DNA of 64,000 bases from assembly GCF_001194135.2 (NCBI RefSeq), contig NC_068998.1, positions 15,613,393-15,677,392 on the forward strand, in the 5' to 3' direction. This stretch comes from Octopus bimaculoides (lineage: Eukaryota). The notes below the pieces were generated by a model, which saw nothing but the letters and a program-made list of their open reading frames with translations, did no database searches and was not told where the DNA came from. How positions within the stretch are numbered: the first letter of the stretch is position 1; each line of letters begins with the position of its first letter. The translations under genes were made by a program, and so were the position numbers. Of the stretch, positions 44,576-57,935 are shown piece after piece.

Positions 44576-46879
44576 TTTTTGTCTGTCTGTCTGTATGTAT
44601 GAATGACTGTATGCATGTATGTGCGTGTGTGTTGTTTGTTGTGTAGTGATTTTGGTGGTGGTGTGTATGTGTGTGACTCCATTGCTGCAATCTAAGTTAA
44701 GAAACAGCGATGTATTGTTTTATGTTTGTATTAAGCGTAGATTTTCCACTTGGTGGTGGGGAAAAGCTTTCTAAAGAATAAAAAGGCTAGAAGGAAAAAG
44801 ATGGGTGAAGAGGTAGAGTTTGTAATAGATCTAAAGGATAAGGTATTCCTATATATAGGTTTCTTCTTACAAGGCTCCGATGTTAAAGAAAGGAATACAG
44901 TTGTTACAATCAGCTCTAATGTATTAATAGTATTTGTACGATCTAACGAGTTAACCATTATGCACTCCCTCGATCTGATAAAAATAGTTGCTAAGTCAGT
45001 CTTGAAATTAAACAAAAAAATGACAAAAAGAACCAAAGATAAAAAAAAAACAGATCAATTTTCGTCATGAGGTCTTAGATATACTATGTATGTAAAAAAA
45101 AGACGAAACGTTCACGAAGGGCCGAGATTAAGACCCTAAGTATTTAAAAGATTTTGGTTCCTCCAAATATATATAAGATTGAAGGTATAAACAATAATAA
45201 ACAATAAAATAAATTTTTATTTCTCAAAATGGAACAGAAAGATGGAAAAAATGATTTTTAAAATTTTTACACCATGAACACTTCGAAATTATATTTTCAA
45301 TCATTTAAACAACTTCGAATATAATTTTAGCAAGTTTAAAGTGATTTCTTTTGTGCCGTAAATCATTTACCATTTCTGTGGTTCCTCCTTCGCTTGATGC
45401 CCTAACCGCGTACTTATTTTGGTTAATGGTTAATCAAGCGCTGATCTAAACTTGTATACGCATACCTAGTCATGACTTTTTTGAAGAAAACTGTCCATGC
45501 ATGCAAGCTTATTCTCTCCATTCTAACGATGTTTATCCAAGAGGAAGGTCACAAACGTAACAGTAATAATGCCTGGTACAAGAACGTCACAAGCATTATT
45601 ACTGTCACAACGCAAAGACATTTCGTCCAACCATTGAACGGTTCCACCAATTCTGGCTTGATTTTTTTTTTTTATATCGACCGCGAAAGAACGAAAAGCA
45701 AAGTTGACCTCGGAGAGGTTTGAACTCAACGCAGAGAATCGGATCAAATACCGAGAAGCCTGGTTTGATACCTTTTTTACCGACCGCAAAAGAATGAAAG
45801 GCAAAGCTGATCTAGATGAGATTTGAAATCGGAATGCAAGAGACTCGGAACAAATACCGGGAGGTAGTCATTCCAATGCTACTGCTGCAAATACGCCGCT
45901 GCAGTAACTGCAAGGCCATAAATCTAAGTGACGGGAAGAGTATTGTCGACTGGTTCTACTCTTCCTATTACTCCCAAACTGATACTATTAGCAAAAACAA
46001 AAAAAAAAAATTGATCAATTGTTTCTGTACCAACTCTTCTCCCAACACCATTCACGCGAAAGTTCAAACTGAAAATTTACGTAATATTTGCAGTTTTAAA
46101 GCTGAGAGTGGAACTTCCTCAGACCTGCATCAAAGGTGCGGCTCTTATATTATGCGTCTGCCAGAATTTGTGTTTTGCTTATTTCGGGAGGAAATAAAGA
46201 TGAAAATGTAAATAGATTGTGAGAAAATGGACAGGGCAACTAAAGTGTCAATACCAAAGTAGATAAAAGTATGGTTAGGGGATTAAAATGCAGTAGAAAA
46301 GGAAGAAAATGAGAGAAGAAAAAGGATGAATAAGTAGGAGGAGGAGGTGGAGGAGGAGGAGGAGAATAAAAAGAAGAATAAAAAGGAGAACAAGAACAAG
46401 AAGTAGAAGAAAAAGGGGGAAGAAGAGGGAGAAAAGGAAAGAAGGAAGAAGGAAAAGAAGAAAGAGGAAGCGAACGCGAAAGCGAAAGCAAAGAGTTGGA
46501 AGGAAGAAGAGGGGGTAATGTGGACAATAACGAGTGAACCCACAGTCGCCAGTTTGAAATTACAATGGACAAATGAAAAGTTATTTTGGTATAAGACTAG
46601 TGATAAAAAGAAAGAAAATAAAGAGAAAAGGGAGATAGTAGAGAAGAAAATGATAAGAAGAAAATGATAACAATTCTACTTCTATTAATAATAGTAATAA
46701 AGATAATAATACTAATAATAAAAATGATAACAACAACAACAATAATAATGTTTTCTTTATTAATCACTAAAGGTTCACAAAGAAAAATACGAACATTGGA
46801 GACGGTACAATATAATACAATGTGCGGTAACATAAAATGGAGCGTGTAAACAGTGAAAATGATAAAGTAAATTTTAACA

Positions 46880-47466
46880 ATGATAAATTCCCAAAGAGGG
46901 AGACTTCCCGGGGTTGCTTGCGGAAACTCCTCAAAACCACAGAGGCTCTGACTACTAGGGCGAGTGTCTTCTCCTAATCGTCGATAGATGCATGCTTAGA
47001 GTAGGCCCGATCACTCGGGCCATTCTGCTACATTCACCCACCTTTAAACAAAATTGCTGGGAGGCAACATTTCCCTCTCTACCTTCTCATTCCTTTTCAA
47101 GTGAAACTTGAAAAATTTGATGAGAGCTTGGCCAGTGTGGAAATTATCTGCCTCCAGACCCCTCAATCTGGTCCTCCACATAACCTCTTTCGCTAAGGCC
47201 ATCAGACAAAGAAACACTGCCTGCCCTTCCTGGCCAAAGGCAAGTGGCGGGACGATTTTCACAAATCCGTCCTACACATGATCTGGATCCGTCCTGCACA
47301 TGACAGCATAAACCAACAGGTCGGCAATGCTCGGGCACTGGACGAGAGTGGACAGAACAGTTTCGTCGCTCTGAACAGTACAGTTTTCATCAGCCCGGCT
47401 GACAGCACTTCCATGCTTGTAGAGTTTATCCCGAATTTGAGACTTGCGCAATGTGATTGTATAAAG
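46880..47466 (-). mobile_element. L1/Tx1-like LINE ORF2 3' fragment
   Basis: QIRDKLYKHG..SDETVLSTLVQCP (decayed zinc knuckle) and LAKEVMWRTRLRGL..FFKFHLK, resembling the AK..IW..RN motif of L1/Tx1 C-termini. Confidence 0.7.
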
Positions 47467-47732
47467 CATGCATGAGCAATGTGCGACCCTCGACATGTTG
47501 TTGTGCGGCCCTCGATGAGTTTCTAGGTTACTAATTTCATACTAAAACAAATAAAATTTCAAACTAAGACAAATAAACTTTCATACTAAGACAAATAAAA
47601 TTAAGAACTGCAAAAAATTCAGTGTAAAGGGGTTAAGTCATATTTCATGCATATGTATTCTATCATGCGGCCCTCTCCCACTTGGAAATGGTACGATGCG
47701 TCCACCAGTTGAGGAAAAGTTGCCCATCCCTG
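47467..47732. mobile_element. hAT-type MITE with a 3 x 22-bp internal repeat
   Basis: Right end AAAAGTTGCCCATCCCTG, a decayed left end, repeated TGCGGCCC subterminal motifs, and TTTCATACTAAGACAAATAAAA x3 at about 47534-47600. No clean TSD. Confidence 0.5.
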
Positions 47733-50419
47733 GGCTTTATACAATAAAGCAAATACACGAAGTTTGTCTAACTTGTGCTAAATGCATGGAATTTGTCTGA
47801 CTTGTGTTGTCGAGTAGAAATACCGCATCAACGTCTTGCATAGTGATACAGTTTAAGTAAATAAACAGTGCCTGCTTTGAAGCGGTTGACGTAAATATAT
47901 GCTGAATGTTATCTCGCACTAAGATTTGACCTCAATCGACGCGATTGCTGTGGCCGCGCGCAGGCTACCCAATGCACCACAACCGTGAAGTGGTTAAAAG
48001 GGACACAATGTCAATAAGTTATGTTAAAACTACACATTGACAGTGAAGCCTGGCTAAGAGTCACATTCTATTGGTAGAATATATTTAAAAATAGAACATA
48101 AATCTGGTAATTTTAAAGTAAAAATACAGCAAAATCAAATAAATCTCATTCTTAGAAGTAGTAGTAGTAGTAGTAGAAGTAGTAGTAGTAGTAGTAGTAG
48201 TGATGGTAGTGGTAGTAGCAGTTGAGTGGAATTTTATTGAGATTTAGCTTCTATTTCCAGCAGGTCGAAATGACTGTTTACAACAGTGGTGCTCAACCTC
48301 TTTTGTTTTGTGGTGCCCCCTTTTAACTAGTTGTTATGCCTCGCACCCACCTAAGAGGCGAGCGAAGCATCACGATTAAACTAACTTAACATGGATGAAA
48401 ATTTATAAATTTTACTAAAATGGAGATCACGATATACGAAGGAAACAAGAAAGACTGCGCGCCCATATTGAGAAATTTTAGCTTACAGGGTCATTCATTC
48501 TCGATTTCCAATGTAGGCTATGGTTTTTTTAATTTTGAGGGAGAGAAGGATAGAGGGGAAAGAGAAATGTATGCGTGTGTAAGAAAGGAAGAGAAAGAAC
48601 GAAAGAGAGAGAGAGAGAGAGAGAAGGAGAGAGAGAGAAGGAGAGAGAGAGATGTGGAGTAAAAGAGATGGGATGATACACAAACTCCGCAAATTAAGAC
48701 TCGAGAAAAAAAAATTAGCGTTAAAAGAATGCATATCGTTTATCTAAAGGTATTTATGACTTCACTTAAGCATCGTTTTTGAATTTCGTATTTGGCTCTC
48801 ACTAATGAGACAGCAGAATGGAGTATTAATAGTAATTCAATGCGTTCTATGAAGAAAAGAAAAGAAAAACAATATTACCATCATCATGAAGTTCTTTGAT
48901 TTCATATTAAAGTGGTCGGAGGCAATTTATGAATCAAATGAAATATAAGAATATAAAAAAAAATAATGATCTTTTCTGCTGAAATTTATCAAATAGATAC
49001 GCAATTAGGTGTGATTAGTTGGTTTAGTCGTCCTTTAAAAGGAAGTTATTTTGTTAAATCTGCAAACTATTTCCTCAAGAATTTTAAAGATTTTTTCCAT
49101 ATTAGCTCATTAACTGGATTCAATGATTTGTGAAAGACTGATGCAAAAATTTTATTTCTTTTTTTTTGTTTCACATGAAAACATAATGAAAAAAAAGAAA
49201 AAAAGAAAATCAATTTATGCGTAATAAATCGCTTTGGCATGGCAAGATGAATTCAAAAGCAGAATTTAGAAGATGGCTTCGTAGACAAGTTCGTGATATT
49301 TTCTAATATGCTCTCAAAAGAAGAAAATATCATACGTGATATGAAGTGTCTTTGTTATTCGGCTGATTAACAGTCTCGCATTACACACGATTACCATTGG
49401 CCTCACAGATATATGGTGTGTCTTTTCTTTGCTTCTTCTATTACTACTCCAACTGTCTCTTCCTTTCTGAACTAACAAACCCATTACACACACAAACACA
49501 CACACACACACACACAATTAAGGATAAAATCAATTAATTATCTTATCAGTGGCCAGCTTGTAATGAAAACCATATAGGTAAAAATTAATATAGATATATA
49601 ATTATATAATAATGAAAAAATAAATGCGCCCTTGTAAAGCCTAGCCAGACTCATGGGCCCGGTTTCCCGGTTTCAATGGCGTATGTGTTCCCCAGCTGGA
49701 GAGGACGCCAGTCCATAGCAGCGTTACTCATTTTTGCCAGCTGAGTGGACTGGAGCAACGTGAAATGAAGTGTTTTGCTCAAGAACACAACGCGTCGCCC
49801 GGTCCAGGAATCGAAACCACAATCTTACGATCATGATGCTGACACACTAACCACTAAACCACGCGCCTTCACTATAATTATATAATTATAATTAAGGGTA
49901 CTGTGATTTTTAGAGTCTTTTGACGTCTATCTCTAGCTGTTTCTCAGTTCTCTTATATATATANNNNNNNNNNNNNNNNNNNNNNNNNNNNNNNNNNNNN
50001 NNNNNNNNNNNNNNNNNNNNNNNNNNNNNNNNNNNNNNNNNNNNNNNNNNNNNNNNNNNNNNNNNNNNNNNNNNNNNNNNNNNNNNNNNNNNNNNNNNNN
50101 NNNNNNNNNNNNNNNNNNNNNNNNNNNNNNNNNNNNNNNNNNNNNNNNNNNNNNNNNNATATATATGTATATATATATATATTCGTGTAACGCGATATTT
50201 AGAACGTTCCAAGCAGGAAAATCTTTCATTGCGATAAATGTCTCAAAAAAAAAAAAAAAAAAACTTTCCTTCTAGACGACAAGGTGTACGCACACATTGG
50301 GCTGTGAACAAATCGTTCTTTTTGAGTTGGGAAATGTAGATTTGCTATTCGTTGCTGGTGAAGCATAACAACGCAGAAACGTATGCATTCTACAATCCAA
50401 TGACGTCATTCAAAGCTCA

Positions 50420-51070
50420 ATGTGTTTTTATACATGTCGTCTAGGAGAAGAATTTTTAGGAGAAGAATATTTCTTTAGCGGAAGGCCTTCGCATGTCCGA
50501 GTGTACTCGAACGTATTAAATATGCTTTTTACCCGAACATATTTTATTCAACAAGGAAGAGGAAAAAGTGAGAATCTTGTAAGTATGTCGGATACGTTAC
50601 GTAACTGGTCGAGGACTGGGATGGTATTCTCAATCTAGTCTCCTCAGGAACGACTCGTATCTATCTTCTATTTTATCAACATCCACCGTCACAAAAAAGC
50701 AGAGTCCCAGTCAGATACCACCCACTTGTTTTTGACACTGGAGGGGGAAAAAGCCTAGGTGCCACATATGTGATGTCGCCAACTTCTTAAGTGCTTTCTG
50801 TCCATAACATAAAGCGAAAGAAGGAACCCCACACTAAATGCTGCAAACCTCACATACTGCACCGGTAAAAACAGCATAACAACAAGCTGCTACAAAAGCT
50901 GCAGCACTAAGAGCAGCTGCACCAAAAAGAGCAACAGAAACCGCTCCCCACCAAAAATAAATAAAATATCAGCGACAGAAACCGACTTCACAATCGAGAA
51001 GACGTTTCACCACCGCTTTCACTAACAAAAGAAACCCTCCCTATTCCGAAAGTTCACCAAAACACAAGCG
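50420..51070 (+). mobile_element. Decayed L1/Tx1-like ORF1 (gag-like) fragment
   Basis: LTLEG..KPRCHICDVANFLSAFCP resembles a CCHC knuckle with the His lost, preceded by FFSGRPSHVRVY. Stops and frameshifts are present. Confidence 0.4.
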
Positions 51071-52239
51071 TACACAAATCGTAGGAACTCAAGTACATAT
51101 ATCTGAAGCCTTTCCTTGATTCTGTTAAATAAAAAGAATTAAGTTTTTTGCAATCGACGTAACATGTTCATTTGATACATTTGATACCAGATTCAAGAGA
51201 AAGGAAGTGCCTTGTAATTAGCGTGGCATACATATTTGATACCGGAATCAAGAAGAAATAAAGAAATTAAAAAAGTAAAGAATAAGCGGAATATCTTGAA
51301 GCGTGACATTCTGTAATGCAAGAACAAAGAATCTTATTATATATTTGGCAGCGTTCTTAGAGTGTCTGAAAAATGCCTTGCGGTATTTTTTTCCGGCTGT
51401 TTACGTTCTGAATTCAAATACCACCGAGGTCCACTTTGTCTTTCATCTCTCTGGGTCCGTTAAAATAAAGTACCAGTCTAATGTCTTGTACTTGGGCTGA
51501 TAGTGTCGATTAACTAGCTCCCTTCAAAAATTGCTGGCATTGAAATTGAGCCAAAATTTGAAGCCGTTATATAGGCACCGAACCGGTAGAATCGTTAAAT
51601 GCGTCGGAAAAAGATGCTTAGCGGCATTTCTTTCGACTTTTTAGATTTTGAGTTCACATCCCGTCGAGGTCAGTTCAAGGTGCTACACGCTGGGACTGAA
51701 TCCGGAATCATGTGGTTGGGAAGGAAACTTCTTACCACATAGCCACGCCTGCGCCTATTGTAAGGAACTGTATTAAAATTTAAAATTCTTAAAATATTTT
51801 GTGCATTGAAGAAGTTTAACCGATTTATTACACACAAATTTTAATAACAAAATCTTATATGGACCACAGTTGAGAAGCGCCGGGCCAAATCCTTCAAGGC
51901 AGTGCCCCAGTATGGCCACAACTCAATGACTGTAACTAGTGAATGACTTTAAAAGAAAAGTTAAAAGATAAAAGTGTCCGCTATATCAACTTCCCTATCC
52001 TTGAAATGTATGATGTATGTATGTATGATTCAATATGAAACATTGCACCTATGTTACGTTAAATCATTATTGGCAATTAACGTTTTATTTTTAATCTGAC
52101 ATGTAATGTTTCCTGTGTGTCGAGACGTAAAGGATATGGTTTCAAGAGGTAGTCGAGACGTGAATGAGTAGGAGGTGATGGCGTGAATGGGTAGGAGGTG
52201 ACGGTATGGACAATAGTGAGGGTGAAAGGAAGAGGTGTG

Positions 52240-52444
52240 TGTGTGAGAGAGAGATTGTGTGTGAGCGTGTGTGTGTATGTATGTATGGGAAGGTACCCGT
52301 TTGGCTCAATGTGTGTGTGTCTATGTGTGTCTCTATATTGGGCTGAATGTGTATGCGCATATGCATGTGTATCTACATGTTGGGCTGAATATATGTGTGT
52401 GTGTGTATGTATGTGTGTCTATGTGAATCACTATATTTGGCTGA

Positions 52445-52485
<41 letters not shown>

Positions 52486-52800
52486 TATGTGAGTCTCTAT
52501 ATTTGGCTGTATGTGTGTGTGTGTGTATGTGCATATGAATGTGTGTATATATGTTTGACTGAATATGTGTATATGCGTATGTGAATGTGTGAATGTGTGT
52601 GTGTGTGTGTGTGTGTGTGTGGTGTGAATGAACCGGCTGTGTGTGTGTGTGTGGTATGAATGAACCAGCTGTGTGTGTGTATGGGCATGCGCGCGTATGT
52701 GTGTGAGTGTGCGTGTGTGTGAGTGTGCGTGTGTGCGTGTGTGTGTGTGTGTGTGTGTTTGTGGTGGGAATGAACCAGCTAATGTGTGTTACGTGTGTGA
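52240..52800. repeat. (GT)n-embedded composite minisatellite
   Basis: Units CTATATTTGGCTGAAT (about 5 copies) and GAATGAACC(A/G)GCT (3 copies) separated by variable (GT)n tracts. Confidence 0.8.
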
Positions 52801-53380
52801 AAGGTGAAAGAGACAGGGAGGCCAACAAGGGGAAAGAGTAAGAGAGGAATAGAGAGAACATTGTACGTGGGTATATGTGAGTGTATGTGGGTAGTGCTGT
52901 GTGCGCGTGCATATGCTTTTTTAAGTGTAAGCGTATATGAAATGAGTCAAGCATCCCTGTTGAGGTTTCCTGGTTGGCTTTGATGGTGCTAACAAGCCAT
53001 GACGAAATTCTGAAATACGTTGCCGGTGGTAAGTGGCTGGGGTGGCTTAACTAAACTAAATAAACAAATATAAAAAAATAAATCTCTTGGTGGAATTCTT
53101 AAATCTCAACTCGAAAATGATGGAAACTTCTCTCCTCCTCATCAAATCGTCAAACAATTTACTTACCTCAGTCCTACTGATTTACAGATGCCGATTAAGC
53201 CAGAAACTAATTACTTCCCCATTTTCAGCACGACAACATACAACGTACACATATCCGCCCGTGCACATACAATATATGTGTGTGTGTGTGTATATATACA
53301 CACACACACACACACTATACCGTGGGCATCGGTGCCATTTTCCTCTTCCTCCGTTTTTCCATTCTCCGAACTTTCTGTCT

Positions 53381-53412
53381 TTCCGATGAAGGGCTCCGCC
53401 CGAAACGTCATA
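53381..53412 (+). ncRNA. Degenerate minimal hammerhead-like motif
   Basis: CCGATGA (one core substitution), stem II GGGC-TCC-GCCC, then GAAACGTC; stem I poorly paired. Confidence 0.5.
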
Positions 53413-53934
53413 CACTCTCTCCTTCCTTTCTCGAGCGTCCAATAACACTATCCGTATCACGTCCTCACTTTGTTGTTTTTTTGTTATTGTTTTTTGTGTT
53501 TTTTTGAACTTATATATATCTATATANNNNNNNNNNNNNNNNNNNNNNNNNNNNNNNNNNNNNNNNNNNNNNNNNNNNNNNNNNNNNNNNNNNNNNNNNN
53601 NNNNNNNNNNNNNNNNNNNNNNNNNNNNNNNNNNNNNNNNNNNNNNNNNNNNNNNNNNNNNNNNNNNNNNNNNNNNNNNNNNNNNNNNNNNNNNNNNNNN
53701 NNNNNNNNNNNNNNNNNNNNNNNNNNNNNNNNNNNNNNNNNNNNNNNNNNNNNNNNNNNNNNNNNNNNNNNNNNNNNNNNNNNNNNNNNNNNNNNNATAT
53801 ATAGTAACAGAGAAAGAGGAATTTCGATTATCACCACGTGGTAAGTTGTAATATATATATAAGAAATTTTAAAAAAAGGAAAATACACACACTTTACATA
53901 GTTTTAATATAAGTTTTGATATATCGATTCTCCT

Positions 53935-54200
53935 TGGCCTTGGCTGTCAGAACTTGTCTCTTTGCACCTCCAGGACGAGTGGCAGCAAAGGTCTTCATTC
54001 AAGGCCAGCGAATCCAACACCCATCTCTCTCACCAAAGCCCGGATTCCGTTGCTCGGATCTTCCATCACTTTGTCCTGCAGTTGTTGGATAAACTCCAGC
54101 ATGCGGACGCAGTCAGAACGCCTGCCATGTCCCTGCAGGCCATGGCCTCGTAGCCTCCTTTGCAGCTGTCCATGTCAAGTCATACATCCTTTACAGTGCT
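53935..54200 (-). mobile_element. Tc1/mariner-superfamily transposase N-terminal fragment
   Basis: RSDCVRMLEFIQQLQDKVMEDPSNGIRALVREMGV..LNEDL..KRQVLTAKAK, an HTH-linker region. Confidence 0.6.
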
Positions 54201-55613
54201 AACAGATCATTGAGCAGCAGTCATGTTGTCAGCATCATGACACTGGTAACTTTTTTCTAATATTTAGATATCTGCCAGTCTTCCACGTCAGCTAACTTCT
54301 TTTCAACTACAGCTTTAATCTTTATGCTCTTCAACGCCGTCGACTGTTCCCCAATACATCACGCCGTTCCTGAAAAATAAAACAGAGACATAGAAGATAG
54401 TCAAATTTAGCCCGAACTCCCTGTATATGATTGATTTTAACGTTGTTAGGAGTGAATTTTATGTGAACATCACACTTTGAGACATTCCACATCTTGTCTC
54501 CAGTCCTTGTTGTGGTGTGGAGGCGTGTATGCCTCACTGGACCTGAGAACTATGCCAGTGGAGCGCAAGTTCTGTAGGGCCTTCCATGCTAGATAGATCA
54601 AAGGATAGAGGCTAGACAATTATGGACCACCGGAGATTAAAATGGGTTTGTGTAGGGCCAACGTTACAGCAAGGTTACAGAAAAGCAATTTTACAGAAAC
54701 ATCGACGAGAAGTCAAAACCAACAAGATCTGGGAGAGTTTAAATACAGTCCAGAGTTAAGGACAGTAGAGATAAGTCTACAAGGAGCGGAGGGCGTAAGT
54801 GAAATAAGTAAACTTTGAGACATTAAGATAGGATAAAGATCCTTCCTGGGTCATATGAACTCATAGGATCGGTTTCCTGATTTCCGTAGCGTGTATATTT
54901 CCCACATGGATTGCACTCCAGTCCGTCTCAGGACTACTAATTTTTACCAGCTGAGTAGACTGGAGCAACGTGAAATGAAGTGTTTTGCTCAAGAACACAA
55001 TGTGTCGTTGGGTCCAGGAATCGAAACGTCCTAACCACTAAGTCACGCACCTCTACATTGAGACACTAATGGGCAATAATTTACGACCTAAAATAAAGTT
55101 GCCGACACGATTCTCGCATAAAAGTGCCCAGCTAACTAACCATTTGTTTTCCATAGTTTCTCGTACCCAGGGCCCGTGTTACGCAGTTGTGAAACTGTGC
55201 GATCGCTTGGGGGCACTTAAATCGTTGGGCGTCACATAGTTTACGTACAATTTTGCCATCCAATTAAAAACACAAAAACTAGAAATAGAGAGAGCAGATA
55301 AATGTCATTTCCGGAACAAAGTAGGAAGGAGAACATGAATGGATATGGAAGAGGTGTGAGAGGCTCATGTAGTGTAATGACCTGGCGTGGAACATTTCAA
55401 ATTACTGAAAACCCTCTTTTTTTTTTCCGCGAGGGCTTATATGCTGCAATATCAGAATATTTTCTTTAGTCAATACATGGTGATCGCTTATATGCTTTAA
55501 GCTTGTAAAACATTTTTATTCAAAATTACGTCCTATAATAGATTTACTCAGTGATATACATGATCATAAAACTATATGTACACGGTCATAAAAACAGATT
55601 TCTTGATGGTAAC

Positions 55614-55985
55614 GTGGAGGCGCAATGGCCCAGTGGTTAGGGCAGCGGACTCGCGGTCGTAGGATTGCGGTTTCAATTCCCAGACCGGGCGTTGTGAATG
55701 TTTATTGAGCGAACACACCTAAAGCTCCACGATGCTCCGGCAGGGGATGGTGGCGAACCCTGCTGTACTTTTCCACCACAACTTTCTCTCACTCTTACTT
55801 CCTGTTTCTGTTGTGCCTGTAATTCAAACGGTCAGCCTTGTCACGCTGAATATCCCCGAGAACTACGTTAAGGGTACACGTGTCTGTGGAGTGCTCAGCC
55901 ACTTGCACGTTAATTTTACGAGCAGGCTGTTCCGTTGATCGGATCAACTGGAACCCTCGACGTCGTAAGCGACGGAGTGCCAACG
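55614..55985 (+). mobile_element. tRNA(Arg)-derived SINE (similar to described octopus OK/OR SINEs)
   Basis: Head GGCGCAATGGCCCAGTGGTTAGGGCAGCGGACTCGCGG..GGTTTCAATTCCC with a TCG anticodon remnant, followed by a ~300-bp non-tRNA body. The family name is from memory. Confidence 0.75.
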
Positions 55986-57439
55986 ACTTGTTGGTAAAAT
56001 TAAAAATTTTCGACTACGTTTTCTTGCTGCTGTAAGGAGATTGATGGCTGGTAAGCTTAAAATAAGTTGGAAAAGGAAACTCTCTTTGTAAGACTGGAAG
56101 TGGGAGTATTTTTTAGGGCTGGCCTGGGACGCTGAAAATCCCTATATCAGCCAAGGCTGTTTTAGCAGCATTGTAAGCTTCCTGGTAAATCAATGCACTG
56201 GGCCTCGTAGTATTTATTAATTGACAGTAGCCACAGCATCCCTGGATCAGAACTGGTTCCTTAGACTCGTGAGGACCCTCGGCAACTACCCAGTGTGCCT
56301 CTGCTTAAAACGGCACTGGCACCAGCCCTACGCATACACTATTTCCCTTACTTAAGTTTTATTCAAATGTTTTTCTGAACACTTGTACTATTTTGTATTT
56401 TTTCAAACGAATTGATAAAACCCCAAAATATTACAATTAAGGATAATCGACATGTGACAATTCAGACAGAATTTAGATGTTGGTCAATTTACAATCTGAG
56501 CAAGCAGGAAAAGATATGATGCAACCGTTGCACTGCGGTATTGTTAATGTGAATAGTGCATGTCATTTTACAACTATCATACAGATAGAACACCCCCCCC
56601 CCAAAATCACTTAACGTCTTCGGATCCTTTTAAGTTTCATAAATATAATCAGAAAAGAACCGGTGAGGATAAATGGAATTTGTTTCCGTGGTAAAAAAAT
56701 AAAAATAAAAAAGTGATTGCATCATGCATATAGAACATTAGAAGGAAACATCTTTAAAAACAAATATCCAATCTTACAATCGATTAATAAGAAAATGTGT
56801 GCGAAATGCTAAGCATAACCAATACGCTACTCGATTATCTCAACACACACACACACACACGCGCGCGTGCATGACGTGATGAACTATCAACGAAGTTCTC
56901 AATAGAAAATCGAAACCAAATATTCCTACTGATTAATTTTATTGGTGATGATTGAGAGAGTGAAGATCGAAATCAAATTACCAAATTGCCGAACACTTTA
57001 ACAGATATTTTCTTGTATAAAACACACTTTTGCAAACGTGCTCAATTTCTCCTCAAATGTCTCTCGCAAATCTTTTTTTTAGACAAAGAGCTTTCTATTT
57101 CTGTAGAAGAAAATACAAAAAGATAATGATTCGAAAGTGAAACGCAGTTTTGGCTCTGATGCTACCCCTATATGTTTATGTTTTCTCCAGTCCTTAAAGA
57201 TACACCAACTGAGGCTCCGTGTTTACTCGCTAACCAATCTATCCAAATTTGTGTTTTCGTGATCCATCAAAACTCGTTAAAGTTATTCCCACTGAAAAAA
57301 AAAAAAAATCCTTTTTGAACTATCAACCAATTTCTTTACTGCCAAGCGAATCTAAATTATTTGAAACACTATATTTATTTCTAAACGAGAACAACATAAT
57401 TCACAGAAGCTAGTATTATTTTCAGAGAATTCATTCCAC

Positions 57440-57900
57440 AAAATATACAACCATAGAATTGATAGAACCAATTTTATAGGAAATAAGTGAAAAAAAACAA
57501 AACAAAACAAAACAAAAAACACCTTTCAGAATATACTTGGACTTTTCAAAAGCTTTCGACAAAAAGCTATCAACCAGAGAGTTGATAGAACCAATTTTAT
57601 CTGAGAAAATTGAAAAAAAGTACCCTTCAAAATATTCTTTTGACCTTTCAAAAGCTTTCGAAACATTTGATCATGATAGTCTGTTCTTTAAAATACATCA
57701 TTATGGAATTAAAAACGTTTCAAAGTTACTTTAGTAATTGGTATCAATTATTTAGCTGCATTCTTCCATTGGTGTTCCTCAAGACTCTATTCTAGAACTC
57801 TTTCTATTTGTTACTTATTTGAACGACATATCTACAGTCTCAAAATTGTTTTATTTCAGTCAAATATACAGATGGCACATCACTGATTTCCTCTTCTGCA
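57440..57900 (+). mobile_element. Decayed CR1/L2-group LINE RT fragment with a local tandem duplication
   Basis: YLDFSKAFD and FDLSKAFETFDHDSLFFKIHHYGI, then GVPQDSILELFLFVTYLNDI. About 120 bp is duplicated (57449 and 57572). Confidence 0.75.
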
Positions 57901-57935
57901 CTTTTAGTTCTGGTTCATATGCATATAGTATAAAC

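Noticed and set aside
45816-46211. 131-aa plus-strand ORF
   Set aside because: It starts inside a SINE remnant, includes a poly-A-derived lysine run, and has no recognisable motif or splice context.
55614-55690. Possible tRNA-Arg(TCG) gene
   Set aside because: The acceptor stem does not pair and the sequence continues into a SINE body, so it is a tRNA-derived head. The same applies to the heads at 37176 and 49872.
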